Positions 51,180-62,282 of a stretch of DNA of 64,000 nucleotides are shown here, piece by piece. The notes under the pieces are model-generated. The model was not told the DNA's origin and searched no databases. It saw only the letters and a program-made list of their open reading frames with translations. The position numbers and the translations under genes were made by a program. Each line of letters begins with the position of its first letter. Within the stretch, counting starts at the first letter, position 1. The DNA comes from an uncultured Verrucomicrobiae bacterium (GTDB lineage: Bacteria > Verrucomicrobiota > Verrucomicrobiia > Chthoniobacterales > UBA10450), in contig CAVYXA010000001.1 of assembly GCA_963772365.1 (NCBI GenBank), positions 96,001 to 160,000 of the forward strand. Direction: 5' to 3'.

Positions 51180-51620
51180 ATGAATATCCGGCTTTCACGT
51201 CTGGTGCTGATCAGTGCCATTCTGCTTGGCCCCACAGGTGTCTTTGCTGCCGAAAGCGTTTGGAGCGGTCTGGTGATCGCCCAAAACGTATCGCAGCCGG
51301 CCCCTATTCCTCCGGAGCTCACCCGGGTCGAACACGCCCTCAGGCGCTTGTTTGGTTACAATCAGTTTCAGGTCATTGGTCAATCGACCAAAACGTTGAA
51401 AAGCGGCCAGGAGGAATGGATGGCCAGGAGCAAATATTTTTCACTCCATGTCGATGCTCGAGGCGAGACGGAGTTGGGCTACCTTCTGAACCTGAAACTT
51501 TACAAAGAGAAGCAGCTCCTCCTCGAGACAGACACGAAACTCAGCAAGCGAAGTCCACTGGTGATCAAAGGCCCGCAAGTGGGCAGTGGACAACTGCTGC
51601 TGATACTCGTCGTTAAGTAA
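51180..51620 (+). CDS. Secreted hypothetical protein
   Basis: Signal peptide; end of the sigma operon. Confidence 0.7.
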   Translation: MNIRLSRLVLISAILLGPTGVFAAESVWSGLVIAQNVSQPAPIPPELTRVEHALRRLFGYNQFQVIGQSTKTLKSGQEEWMARSKYFSLHVDARGETELGYLLNLKLYKEKQLLLETDTKLSKRSPLVIKGPQVGSGQLLLILVVK

Positions 51621-51777
51621 CCAACGTTGCGTCCGAGCCGGACGGCAATCAGAGCAGCACCGTCTACAACGGCAAATCCCCAGGAAGACTGCAAGGCTTC
51701 GAGCGTACGGCTAACAAGCTTTGCCGCACCATGCTTGGGAACGCCTGGGGCCTGGATCGTGCTAATGAGATGCCTGG

Positions 51778-52071
51778 ATGCCAAAGAAGCCACGGCATAG
51801 GGCAATCGCAGATGCTGCCAAAAAAATCGAGATGATCGAGGGACTCCCGCTCGTTATCGAAAGAAAATATCGACGCCTGCTTAGAATGGCCGAGGCGGAA
51901 TGGCAACGCCGATTTGGGGGCAAGGAAGCAAGTGGCGCGTCGCGGAGCTCTCAGGTTGAGCCGGCCAAGGGCGTGATCAAAAGCCACGATTTGCCCAAGC
52001 GTCATTCTCGTCTAAAGCGAGGCTTAGCCCGCAAGGGTAAAAAGCGTGGGCGCCGAATCCGGCCTGATTAG
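51778..52071 (+). CDS. Small basic hypothetical protein
   Basis: ORF with high K/R content; no recognised motif. Confidence 0.45.
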   Translation: MPKKPRHRAIADAAKKIEMIEGLPLVIERKYRRLLRMAEAEWQRRFGGKEASGASRSSQVEPAKGVIKSHDLPKRHSRLKRGLARKGKKRGRRIRPD

Positions 52072-52160
52072 CCCGGACAGGTTTTTCCGAGGTCACCGTT
52101 GCGGCGCTATTTGGCGCGGCGACGACATGCAAAATTCGCCGCTTATTGTTTAGTCACTAC

Positions 52161-54803
52161 ATGCGCTGGCGACGTCTCTTTTCTGTTTTACTAATCCCAT
52201 CTACTTTTTCGTCGATCACCATGGCGGAAAAACCATTCGATTTTGAGACGGCACCGGGGAAACTGCCCAAGCAAGTCGTCCCGACAGAATATTCCATCCG
52301 GATCGTTCCGAACATCGACAACCTGACATTCGATGGAACGGAAACCGTAAAGCTGAATGTGCGGGCACCGGTTGATCAATTTGTTTTGAACGCGCTCGAG
52401 CTCGTTGTGACCAACGCCGCCGTTGATGGAAAATCTCTGCCGAAATCGGCAATCAAGATCGATAAGAAGGACGAGCTGCTAAGAATTGCGTTGCCAGAAA
52501 AAATCTCCGCGGGCGAACACTCAGTAGAACTCACGTTTGCCGGCAAAATCAATCAACAGGGTCAGGGACTTTTTTATGCTCGATATCAGGAAGAGGGCAC
52601 CGGTGCCAACAAAGTCATGCTTGGCACGCAATTCGAAGCGACCGATGCCCGCCGAATGTTCCCGTGTTGGGATGAACCGAGTTTTCGCGCACGTTTTCAG
52701 CTTACCGCAGTGGTGCCGCAAAACTGGCTCGCTGTTTCCAACATGCCGGTTGAAAGCGAGCACAAGATTGGTGATCGGAAAGAGGTGCGATTCGCCACCA
52801 CTCCGCCCATGGCCAGCTACTTGAATGTCTTTGTGGCCGGCGAGTTGGATTTTATCGAAACGAAGGCTGCCGGCACGCAGCTCCGGATCATCACGACGAA
52901 AGGCAAATCGGAGTTGGGTCGCTATGCATTGGAAAGCACAGCCAAGATTCTGGATTATTACAACAGTTACTTTGGCGTGCCCTATCCATTGCCGAAGCTC
53001 GATCAGATCGCGTTGCCGGGGGGTTTCGGCGGCGCGATGGAAAACTGGGGTGGTATCACCTATTACGAAGCGGTGTTGTTGTTTGATCCGGAGAAATCAT
53101 CCGAGAACACCAAGCAAAACATCTTCGAAGTGATCGCGCACGAGGTTGCCCACATGTGGTTCGGCGACTTGGTGACCATGGCTTGGTGGGACAACCTCTG
53201 GCTGAATGAGGGATTTGCTTCCTGGATGGGATCAAAATGCTCAGCCCATTTCAATCCGCAATGGGAAGTCTGGCTCCGAAGAAATTTGCCGCGCGATCCG
53301 GCTCGACGTTCCGGCATCGCCAAGGAACAGGCGATGGAAGGTGACGCAAGATCGACAACTCATCCAATCCAGCAACCGATCAAAACCGAAGCCGAAGCCA
53401 ACAGTGCGTTTGACGACATTACTTACAAGAAAGGTCAGTCGTTCCTTCGAATGCTGGAGAGTTTTCTCGGCGAAGATGTCTTTCGAAAAGGAATTCGCGA
53501 ATACATCGCCAATCACAAATTATCCAACACCACGACCTCGGATCTTTGGAATGCACTCTCGGATGCATCCGACAAACCGGTTGGCGAAATTGCGCCGTGT
53601 TGGACCGAACAGGCGGGATTTCCGGTGATTAAAGTGCGCCGGGGAAATGATGGAAACGTCTCTCTGACTCAGGAACGCTTTACTGTGCAGTTCAAAAATG
53701 CTCCGGAGCTAAGATGGCAAATTCCGCTCACCTACTCCGTGGTCGGAGCCGAAGCGGCGAAGAGCATGTTGATGAAAGATAAGATCGACGAGCTCGAGAA
53801 TATTCCCGCCGAACGAGCTTTGAAATTGAATGTCGATGGCGCGGGAAATTATCGTGTCCAATATGACGATGCATCGTGGAATCTGTTGCTGGCAGCGCTT
53901 GGAAAGCTCGATGTGCAGGACCGGGTCAATCTTTTATCGGACGCATGGGCATTTGTTCAGGCAAATCGCGCGCCTCTCTCGCTCTACTTCGGATTGATCG
54001 AAAAAATATCGCCGTCGACGGAGTTAGCCGAACGCGAACAGATCATTCAGGCATTCGATTTTATTAACCGCCTGCTGATCGGATCGCCCGAACGCGAGAA
54101 ATTCCAACGTTACGCTCGATCGATTTTGCACCCGACCTTCGACACGTTAGGGTGGGAGCCGAAACCGGGCGAACAGGTCAAAGCTGCAACGCTGCGCGCG
54201 AGTTTGATCGCTGCGCTGGGGTTTCTTGGAGACCCCGATGTCGTCGCGCGTTGCCTTGATCGGTTCCAAAAATATTTGAAAGATCCGGCCTTACTCGCGC
54301 CTGACCTTCGTCCTCCAGTTTTCGCCGTCGTAGGACGTTATGGCGATGAAGCGACGTGGAACAAACTCCACGAGCTTGGATTGAAGACAACAAGCATCGA
54401 AGAAAAACAAAACTACTACAACGCGCTCGCCAGCACGACCGACCCAAAGCTGATCAAACAAACCCTCCCGATTTCCCTCACCGATGAATTGCCTACCAGC
54501 CGTGCAGCCTTCCTTGTCACCCGGCTGGCTCGTGACAGCGAGCATCCCGATCTCGCGTGGCAATTTGCCAAAGAACACATGAAAGCATTGCTGGCCAAGT
54601 CCGACGCGCTCGCCGCGAACACTTATGCGCCGGGCCTCTTTACATTTTTCTCCGATCGAGCGCGCGCCGCCGAACTCCAAAGTTACGCAAAATCTAATCT
54701 GCCGCCGGCTAGCGAAAAGGAAGTTGCCAAAGCTGTCGATGAAATCGCGTTTCGCGCTGAATTTCGCGATCGGCTTCGCAAACAAATCGCTGCTGCGAAT
54801 TAA
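52161..54803 (+). CDS. M1-family aminopeptidase with ERAP1-like C-terminal domain
   Basis: TQFEATDARR, GAMENWG, HEVAHMWFG...LWLNEGFA, YKKG. Confidence 0.95.
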   Translation: MRWRRLFSVLLIPSTFSSITMAEKPFDFETAPGKLPKQVVPTEYSIRIVPNIDNLTFDGTETVKLNVRAPVDQFVLNALELVVTNAAVDGKSLPKSAIKIDKKDELLRIALPEKISAGEHSVELTFAGKINQQGQGLFYARYQEEGTGANKVMLGTQFEATDARRMFPCWDEPSFRARFQLTAVVPQNWLAVSNMPVESEHKIGDRKEVRFATTPPMASYLNVFVAGELDFIETKAAGTQLRIITTKGKSELGRYALESTAKILDYYNSYFGVPYPLPKLDQIALPGGFGGAMENWGGITYYEAVLLFDPEKSSENTKQNIFEVIAHEVAHMWFGDLVTMAWWDNLWLNEGFASWMGSKCSAHFNPQWEVWLRRNLPRDPARRSGIAKEQAMEGDARSTTHPIQQPIKTEAEANSAFDDITYKKGQSFLRMLESFLGEDVFRKGIREYIANHKLSNTTTSDLWNALSDASDKPVGEIAPCWTEQAGFPVIKVRRGNDGNVSLTQERFTVQFKNAPELRWQIPLTYSVVGAEAAKSMLMKDKIDELENIPAERALKLNVDGAGNYRVQYDDASWNLLLAALGKLDVQDRVNLLSDAWAFVQANRAPLSLYFGLIEKISPSTELAEREQIIQAFDFINRLLIGSPEREKFQRYARSILHPTFDTLGWEPKPGEQVKAATLRASLIAALGFLGDPDVVARCLDRFQKYLKDPALLAPDLRPPVFAVVGRYGDEATWNKLHELGLKTTSIEEKQNYYNALASTTDPKLIKQTLPISLTDELPTSRAAFLVTRLARDSEHPDLAWQFAKEHMKALLAKSDALAANTYAPGLFTFFSDRARAAELQSYAKSNLPPASEKEVAKAVDEIAFRAEFRDRLRKQIAAAN

Positions 54804-54814
54804 AAGTAATCGAA

Positions 54815-55294
54815 CTATAAAGTTGGCTCGCTTGGAGGAGTGACCCAAAGCCGCATGGGAATCATCGAGGATTCCACAAACCCGTGTCGGCGGAAAAATT
54901 CCTGGGCCACATTTTCTGGGCGATCGGTCAGCAGCGTGATTCGCAGGAAATTTTTCTGCTTCGCGAATTCGATGGCGTAATCCAGCAGCTTGGAACCGAA
55001 CGCCTTGCCGCGATGCTTTTTGTGAATCACCAGGTCTTCCAGCAAGATTACAAATCCGCCCTCGGCCGTGCTGATGGTGAAAAGCAAATTGATCATGCCA
55101 ACGATCGCGCCGTCGCAACGCAGCACGAAAACGCGGCCGCGATTTGGTTGTTCGAAAATCAGGCGCAGCCCGCGCAATTGTTTGTCCTTATCCGGCCGGA
55201 AATCGCTCTCCTGAGCAAATAGTTCGCCAAGCAACTCGGACAGCTCATCGAGGTCCGCTTCGGTTGCGGGCTCGATCACGACCTTTTCGCTCAT
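54815..55294 (-). CDS. GNAT acetyltransferase
   Basis: LEDLVI..HRGKAFGSKLL, FFRRHGF. Confidence 0.9.
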   Translation of the reverse strand: MSEKVVIEPATEADLDELSELLGELFAQESDFRPDKDKQLRGLRLIFEQPNRGRVFVLRCDGAIVGMINLLFTISTAEGGFVILLEDLVIHKKHRGKAFGSKLLDYAIEFAKQKNFLRITLLTDRPENVAQEFFRRHGFVESSMIPMRLWVTPPSEPTL

Positions 55295-55423
55295 TGTCGC
55301 ACCGATTATCTTCGAAACGGCTTCTCTGGCAATGACGGAATCTGCGGCCTGGCAGCATTGACAATAGTTTGCTCGTCCCTACTGTAACCGGCTCCGCTTC
55401 GGAGCGAACTATTTCGCAGTCTC

Positions 55424-55597
55424 ATGAAACGCACTTATCAGCCATCGAAACGCACTCGCAAACAGCAGCACGGTTTCCGCGCACGAATGAAGACAAAGGG
55501 CGGCCGGGCTACGCTGGCCCGACGGCGGCAACGCGGTCGCAAACGATTGCTGCCCAAAGGTGTGGAGAGACATTTCGCGCGTCACACCCAAGCCTGA
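55424..55597 (+). CDS. rpmH: 50S ribosomal protein L34 (57 aa), below the ORF-track cutoff
   Basis: [42 protein letters not shown]. Confidence 0.97.
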   Translation: MKRTYQPSKRTRKQQHGFRARMKTKGGRATLARRRQRGRKRLLPKGVERHFARHTQA

Positions 55598-56187
55598 TCG
55601 GAGCGACTTACACCGTTCGCTCCCGATAGAAGATCCGGTGGCTCATTCAGATTTCGGAAAAATTCCTCCTGATCTTTCTGCACAGGAACTTTCCGCAGCT
55701 TGCCTGAGCCGATGAGAATTTTCGTTACCGATTGCAAAGAAAAATCGTTTCCCGAAAGCGCTTCCACAAGATCGACAAGAGCTTTGGCCGGATAAATTGC
55801 CGCCAGCGGCTCGGCGCGCCCGTCGATCATTGGCAACACCCCGCGACCTGGTTCGATCCGATCGCAAAGTGATCGGAGATAATTCTCGCGCATGAATGGC
55901 ATATCCACCGCAAGAACGAGAAGATGTGTCGCCTGGATTCGCGCCAGCAAAGATGCAATCCCGCTCAAAGGCCCTCGCGATGGAGGATCATCCGCCACAA
56001 ATCGAACATCAGTAGAGCGCCAGACGGGATCAGTCCGCCCGGAAAGAAACAGCTCAGCCGGCTGAAGTTTTCGCAGTAGATTCAATTGGATTTCCCAGAG
56101 CGGTTTCCCACGAATAAGAATGGTCGCCTTGTCTCGGCCCATCCGGCGGGATTCGCCACCGACCAACAGTGCCGCGCTAGTTTTCAT
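55582..56187 (-). CDS. mobA: Molybdenum cofactor guanylyltransferase
   Basis: [38 protein letters not shown]. Confidence 0.92.
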   Translation of the reverse strand: MKTSAALLVGGESRRMGRDKATILIRGKPLWEIQLNLLRKLQPAELFLSGRTDPVWRSTDVRFVADDPPSRGPLSGIASLLARIQATHLLVLAVDMPFMRENYLRSLCDRIEPGRGVLPMIDGRAEPLAAIYPAKALVDLVEALSGNDFSLQSVTKILIGSGKLRKVPVQKDQEEFFRNLNEPPDLLSGANGVSRSDQAWV

Positions 56188-56234
56188 CCATCGAGGCTTG
56201 GAATTCAATGCGATGATAGCATCCTATTCTCTCA

Positions 56235-57041
56235 GTGAAAACGGACGGCATCGACTCCGAACAAATCATCCGGCGCAAACCGGATGGCTCACTCGAATAC
56301 CTTCGCGATGATCTAACTGTCGAAGAACCACTCGAAATTCGCGTCGCCGGCAAAACAATCGCCACAACGATGCGAACGCCCGGCCACGATGAAGAGTTGG
56401 CGGCCGGCTTTCTCCTTTCCGAGGCGATTGTTCGATGCTGCGATGACGTGGCGAAAATTTCCGAGCCGAACACCAACGCCGTCGACGTGGAGCTTATCAC
56501 CGGTCTGAAGCGAAAGCTTGGTTCGGTGCAACGATTTGGAGCGATCTCCAGCAGTTGCGGACTTTGCGGAAAAACGAGTATCGACGCGATCCGCCAGAAT
56601 TTTTCTGCGATAAAATCAGATCTCAGGATCGAAATCGACACGTTACTATCGCTTCCGAAAAAACTTCGCGAGCAACAGGGGGAGTTCGCGCGCACGGGCG
56701 GAATTCATGCCGCGGGAATTTTCGAGGCCGAAGGAAAACTCTTTATCGTGCGCGAAGACATCGGCCGTCACAACGCTGTGGATAAAGCTATCGGCCGCGC
56801 TTTTCTGGATCGACTGCTTCCCTTGGATCGACATCTACTTCTCGTTAGCGGCCGACTATCCTTCGAGATCGTGCAAAAAGCGCTGGCCGCGGGAATCCCG
56901 ATCATCGCGGCCGTCTCAGCGCCTTCATCGCTGGCAGTCACTTTCGCCCGCAAAAGCAATCAAACACTCATTGCGTTTCTTCGTCCACCCTCTTTCAACA
57001 TTTACTCGCATGTCGAGAGGGTAATCATGGAGCCGATCTAG
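56235..57041 (+). CDS. fdhD: Formate dehydrogenase accessory sulfurtransferase
   Basis: EEPLEI, TMRTPG, SSCGLCG, TGGIH, EDIGRHNAVDK, SGRLSFE. Confidence 0.95.
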   Translation: MKTDGIDSEQIIRRKPDGSLEYLRDDLTVEEPLEIRVAGKTIATTMRTPGHDEELAAGFLLSEAIVRCCDDVAKISEPNTNAVDVELITGLKRKLGSVQRFGAISSSCGLCGKTSIDAIRQNFSAIKSDLRIEIDTLLSLPKKLREQQGEFARTGGIHAAGIFEAEGKLFIVREDIGRHNAVDKAIGRAFLDRLLPLDRHLLLVSGRLSFEIVQKALAAGIPIIAAVSAPSSLAVTFARKSNQTLIAFLRPPSFNIYSHVERVIMEPI

Positions 57042-58006
57042 CGCTGCGACGCGAATACCGCTTCAGGATCGCACCCGGAAACCCTGCCAGCCGAAATCCA
57101 GCCGAACCGGCTGACGAGCGCGCCTAACAAGAACGATATGGCGGCAAAAGGAATCAAACCAAATCCGCGCAGCACCAAGGCAAAGGGCCCGCTTAGGATT
57201 TCTCCGGCGCGGATGAGGCAGCCCGACTTCAATTCATGTAAAGCGCGGTCGGCAGCGCCATGTCTATCGAATTCAAGCCAGATCCAAAGCAGCGTCTCCG
57301 TTCCGGCGACGAAAAAGCCAAGAGCATTCAAAGGTGCCATCGGTTGGCCGATCAATTCGAGCAGCGCCGCAGCCGACCCCAACCCTGCAATCCCAAAATG
57401 AATTGGAAGAAATACGCGATGCAAAAACCAGGCCGGAATCGCAGTCGCACCAATCAAGACGCCGGTGTATGTGGCAAGCAACATTCCCCAGAAAGCCGAA
57501 CCGATGATGAATAGAATTGCCAGGACATGGATCGCACCAGCAAGCGCACCCATGAAAAGATGAGCGCTTTCCAGCTCCAGTAAAATGAGTCCCGGCACCG
57601 CGCAGCTCCCGAAAAACGTGAGAATCCACGCGCCAACGGACATGGGCGATTGGTATTTGAAAACGCGGAGCATGTTGATGAAGAGGCGCGGCCGACCAAG
57701 ATCCATGGTCAGCAGAATCGGTGAAAGAATCGCCGCGATGGCGGCAATCCACGCTGCGTTTCGGACAACATCGACATCGTGAAAAATCAGGGCGATCAAA
57801 GCGATCACTGCAGCCATCCCGCCAAGTCCACCGACGAAAAAGTAAACCGGAATTTCCCAAGTCCAGACCGGTGGTTTAACGACAGGTTGGCCATAATAAC
57901 CCGGCTTTTGTGGAATCGGGCCGCCCGCAACATCCACGCCGGAACCTCTGACCACGCCCTTCGCACGTGCTTCCTCGCGTAGTCGATCCAGTCTCTGTTC
58001 GCTCAT
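57038..58006 (-). CDS. NrfD/PsrC-family membrane anchor subunit
   Basis: KPPVWTWEIPVYFF, DLGRPRLF, SPMSVGAW, YTGVL; ATGA overlap with the Fe-S subunit. Confidence 0.9.
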   Translation of the reverse strand: MSEQRLDRLREEARAKGVVRGSGVDVAGGPIPQKPGYYGQPVVKPPVWTWEIPVYFFVGGLGGMAAVIALIALIFHDVDVVRNAAWIAAIAAILSPILLTMDLGRPRLFINMLRVFKYQSPMSVGAWILTFFGSCAVPGLILLELESAHLFMGALAGAIHVLAILFIIGSAFWGMLLATYTGVLIGATAIPAWFLHRVFLPIHFGIAGLGSAAALLELIGQPMAPLNALGFFVAGTETLLWIWLEFDRHGAADRALHELKSGCLIRAGEILSGPFALVLRGFGLIPFAAISFLLGALVSRFGWISAGRVSGCDPEAVFASQR

Positions 58007-58881
58007 GAAAAATAAAATGCGCAAACCGTAGCGATGAACGCGCCTATTGCGGTTACGATGGCCGACCACCACGACGACTTCAGGTAAATCGTCGGCACTT
58101 CGGGTTTTGGCGGAAGCCCATAGGCTTCCGGGACGCCGAGGATCAAAAAGAAAGCGTGTAAACCATGAACAGAAGTTTCTTGCGGATCGTAGATGTGCGC
58201 GTCGTCATATCCGTTCTCTTTCAATTGCTGCACTCGATGTGTGGCGTGCGCGCGAAGATCGTCGAGCCGGCCGAACAGAATCGATTCGGTAGGGCAAACT
58301 TTGGCACACGCCGGGACCAGGCCGCTCTTTTGTCGATCGTAACAGAACGTGCACTTGAATGCGCCGCCGTGGTTGAGCAACGGTTCTGACCTACCCGCTG
58401 TAGTTTTGGGGCGGCGATCGATCACGCCGAAAGGGCAATTGACCACGCAATAACCGCAGCCATTGCAGACGTCATCCTGCACGAGAACCGAGCCAACCTC
58501 CGTACGAATAATCGAGCCGGTTGGGCACGCCTCGAGACAGCCGGCTTCTTCGCAATGTTTGCAGACATCAGAGAGAAAGATCCAGCGAAATGGATCTTCG
58601 TCGTTGCCTAACGATCCAACGATCTGATTTCCTTTTTGTTGATCCTGCTCGAGGAACAAAACATGTCGCCATGTCGAGGCTCCAAGCCTACCGGTATTAT
58701 CGTAGGAATTTCCGGACCAGGTGAACCCGTCGTCCGGCACTTCATTCCATTCTTTACACGCCACTTCGCAAGCTTTGCATCCGATGCAAACCGTCGGATC
58801 GGTGAAGAAGCCCACCGTTGCGCCATCATCGACAAACGAATGCCGGCGCTGATTGCTGCTCTGAACGCCTTCGCCGATCAT
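58003..58881 (-). CDS. Formate dehydrogenase beta (4Fe-4S) subunit
   Basis: CIGCKACEVAC, CKHC..GCLEACP, CNGCGYCVVNCP, CTFC..PACAKVCP. Confidence 0.93.
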   Translation of the reverse strand: MIGEGVQSSNQRRHSFVDDGATVGFFTDPTVCIGCKACEVACKEWNEVPDDGFTWSGNSYDNTGRLGASTWRHVLFLEQDQQKGNQIVGSLGNDEDPFRWIFLSDVCKHCEEAGCLEACPTGSIIRTEVGSVLVQDDVCNGCGYCVVNCPFGVIDRRPKTTAGRSEPLLNHGGAFKCTFCYDRQKSGLVPACAKVCPTESILFGRLDDLRAHATHRVQQLKENGYDDAHIYDPQETSVHGLHAFFLILGVPEAYGLPPKPEVPTIYLKSSWWSAIVTAIGAFIATVCAFYFS

Positions 58882-58896
58882 GAGGAAGAAGGAATG

Positions 58897-59026
58897 AGGA
58901 AAGCAGGAAAGCAGGAAAAAGAAGCCGATGACTCTAATCGCGAGACCGGCTCGCTCGGTTCCGAGGACGATGCCTGCAAAGCAGTGAGAAAATTCCTCTC
59001 TCCGTTTCCTGCTTTCCTGCTTTCCT
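58897..59026. repeat. Inverted pair of AGGAAAGC octamer tracts between the fdh alpha and beta genes
   Basis: 22-bp perfect IR: 58897-58918 and 59005-59026. Confidence 0.85.
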
Positions 59027-59040
59027 GCTTCATCAATCTC

Positions 59041-62000
59041 CTAACCTGACTTTCCATGTTGCCCTTGGCCGGCGGTGAGTTTGCCTCCTTCGGGCGCTCC
59101 GGGCGGCGGTTGTTCGGGATGCAAATTCGGCGGCCCGCCCTGTGGTACTTGTTTCGCGAACCACGGATCGAAATCCGGTCCCCGCGGCAATTTTCCGGGG
59201 ATCAAGTTGCAGAGAAGCGCCTTGGTTTCCATGATCGTTACATTCGGTTCGCCCGAAATGGCCATGAGATCGTTCGCTGCATCGCCTTTGACGGGACCGG
59301 CGGTGCCGAAGTGAAACGGGATCGTTTGCCGTTCAATTGTAGCGGTCGCAAACGGCGGGTAACTAACGCCTTTACCTCAATTGCGCCGCGCATCGTGACG
59401 AGGCAAACGTCGTCGCCATTATTGACGCCTAACGACCGAGCGAGTTCGGGAGATATTTCGCCGAACATCGCCGGTTGCAGTTCGGCCAGGTGCGGGAGGA
59501 ACCGGCTCATACCGCCACCAGTGTGATGCTCGGTCAATCGATAGGTTGTCAGGATGTAGGGAAACTTTGCGTCAGCCGGCGGCGCGACGCGGTTCTCTTC
59601 CCGGGTGAACCAAAGCAACGCCGGATTTGTATTCCGGTCGTAAAGTGCGTTCTGGACTGGCGATTCGATCGGTTCGTAATGGGTCGGCATCGGACCGTCC
59701 TGCAAACCTTTCGGGACATAAAGCCAGCCAAGGCCGTCTTCATGAATGATGAACGGCGCATCGCCTGGTAGCGCATCGAGTCCTCGATCATTCCGGCCAC
59801 CCTGATAATCGGGCGGCTTTTCCGGTTTGAAATCGGGGACATCACTTCCCGTCCATTTCGATTTCTCTGGATCCCACCAGACCAGTTTCTTGCGTTCGCT
59901 CCATGGTTTTCCATCAGGCGCCGCGCTGGCGCGGTTGTAAATGATCCGGCGATCGCTCGGCCAGGCAAAGCCCCAACCGTGGCCGAGGTAATCGTTAGCC
60001 TCACGCCGGAGTGGTTTGTTTACTCCATCGCTTCCGTAGCAACCGCAATAAATCCAGCAGCCGCACGCGGTCGAGCCATCGTCTTTTAGCTCCTGATATT
60101 TATCGAGCTGCGGGCCATGGTGAGGACGACGTTGTCGATCTTCGCCGAATACGATGCTGCCGCCGTCAGCGCCCGCGGGTACAACATCTGTTTTCCAACC
60201 GTTTATCTCCGCGAGAACGGCTTCCATTTCCGGCTCGCCTTCTTTCGTTTCTGGATACCACCAATCGAGCGCGCAAAGCGGTTCGTCGTCAGGATCATTC
60301 GAGGCCTCGGCTTTTTTCTTCAGACGCAGCGCGAGCTGATGAATAAACCAGCTTTCACTTCGAGAATCGCCCGGAGGATCGACAGCTTTTTCGCGCCATT
60401 GCAAAAGTCGCTGCGTGTTAGTAAACGCGCCTTCCTTTTCTGCGTGTCCGGCGGCGGGAAAAAAGAAAACCTCCGTCTCGATTTCTTCCGTTTTGAGTTC
60501 GCCACGCTCGATCTCGGGAGAGTTCAGCCAGAACGTCGCCGGCTCGATCTCGACCATATCGCGCACGACGAACCACTTTAGTTTAGCCAGCGCTTTGCGT
60601 TGCAGGCGCGAGTTCGGGGCACCGACCGCCGGATTCTGTCCCATCAAAAACATCCCTTCGACTTTTCCGTCCAGCGTTTCGTAAAGGAAATTGAAAAATG
60701 AATGATCGCCCGTGAGCTTCGGGATCCACTGGTAGCCGTAGCCGTTTTCCTTTGTCGATCTCGCGCCGTAATAAGCTTTGAGCAGACTAACGAAATACTT
60801 CGGAAAATCGTGCCAAAGCCCGGTCGGATTCGTGTGTGTCTTGAAATAATCTTCGAGCGTGTCTTCGCCTTTCCCGGCGCGCGGCATGGCGATGTAACCG
60901 GGAAGGATATCATAGAGCGTCGGAATATCGGTCGATCCCTGGATGGAAGCGTGGCCGCGCAACGCGAGAATACCGCCACCCGGCCGGCCGATATTCCCCA
61001 ACAAGAGTTGAAGAACCGAAGCCGTGCGGATGATCTGAACCCCTTTCGAGTGCTGTGTCCAGCCGACAGCGTAGCAGATCGCCGCCGTCTTGTCCGGCCC
61101 GGATGCTTTCACCAGCGCATCGGCGACTTTTTGGAACAGGCGCGGCGGAATTCCACAAATTTTTTCCACCATTTCGGGCGTGTAGCGCGCGTAATGACGT
61201 TTCAGTTTCTGAAAAACACACCGCGGATCCTGTAGGGTGAGGTCGCGATGCGGAAAACTCAAACCTTCGCCTTCGTAGAGCCAGCTCTTGGTTTCGTAGG
61301 CGCGCTTGTCCGGGTTCCATCCGGAGAAAAAGCCATCGCGATTATCTTCGGTGTCACGGAACTCCTCGCGCAGAATGCAGGAAGCGTTTGTGTAATGCGC
61401 GACGTATTCCCGAAAGAACAGCTCGTTGTTGATAATGTATCGGATGATGGCGCCGAGGAAAACGATGTCAGTCCCGGCTCGCAACGGCACCCAAATATCG
61501 GCCAGCGCGCTCGTACGCGAGAATCGAGGATCGACATGAATGATCGTCGCGCCGTTTTCCTTCGCCTTCATGACCCAGCGAAAACCAACCGGATGCGCCT
61601 CGGCCATGGACGATCCTTCGATCAAAATGCAATCGGCATTGGCGAGATCTTGTTGCGCAGTCGTAGCTCCGCCCCGGCCGAAGGAGGTGCCCAGACCGGG
61701 CACCGTGCTGCTGTGTCATATCCGGGCCTGGTTGGAAACGCACACCATTCCCAGGCCTCCTGTAAATAATTTTTTAATGAGATAATTTTCTTCGTTGTCG
61801 AGAGTCGCGCCGCCGAGATGCGTGATTCCCGGCGTTTGATTCACAATTGAGCCTTTCGCTTCCTTAATAAATGTCCGTTTGCGCGATTCCCAGACCCGAT
61901 CGGCCACCATGTCCATCGCTCGCTCGAGCGAAATCTCTCTCCACTCCGACTCGCGTGGCGCGCGATATTTTACTTTTGTCTCGCGACGTGAATGCGTGAG

Positions 62001-62282
62001 CAGTTGATACGAAGCTGCGCCTTTCGGGCAGAGGTTCCCCTGGCTGATGGGCGATTCGGGATCGCCCTCGATTGCGATCAGTTTTCCGTTCTTATGATAA
62101 ATGAGCTGACCGCAGCCGACACCGCAGTAAGGACAAATCGACTTCGCGACCTTTGCATCATCGGTTCGCGCCCGCATCGCCCGCGTTTTCGGCGACATTG
62201 CTTCCAAGCCGGTGCCGTCCTTGCGTTCGCGAATCTGACGAACAAGGGGCCACTTCAAAATGAGACCGGTCAGACCAGACAT
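59041..62282 (-). CDS. fdhA: Selenocysteine-containing formate dehydrogenase alpha subunit (Mo/W-bisPGD); UGA at 61716-61718; small deletion/frameshift at ~59322
   Basis: CPYCGVGC..CPKG, NQARI-U-HSSTVPGL, LRGH, TYRLTEH; tail PFHFG...EPNVTIMETKALLC in another frame. Confidence 0.92.
61686..61704 (-). promoter_or_regulatory. Bacterial SECIS element
   Basis: GGTGCCC-GGTCT-GGGCACC hairpin starting 11 nt after the in-frame TGA, with GU in the loop. Confidence 0.88.

Noticed and set aside
61716..62282. Separate 188-aa gene or nonsense pseudogene
   Set aside because: TGA is at the conserved Sec/Cys ligand position, the frame continues and a SECIS follows
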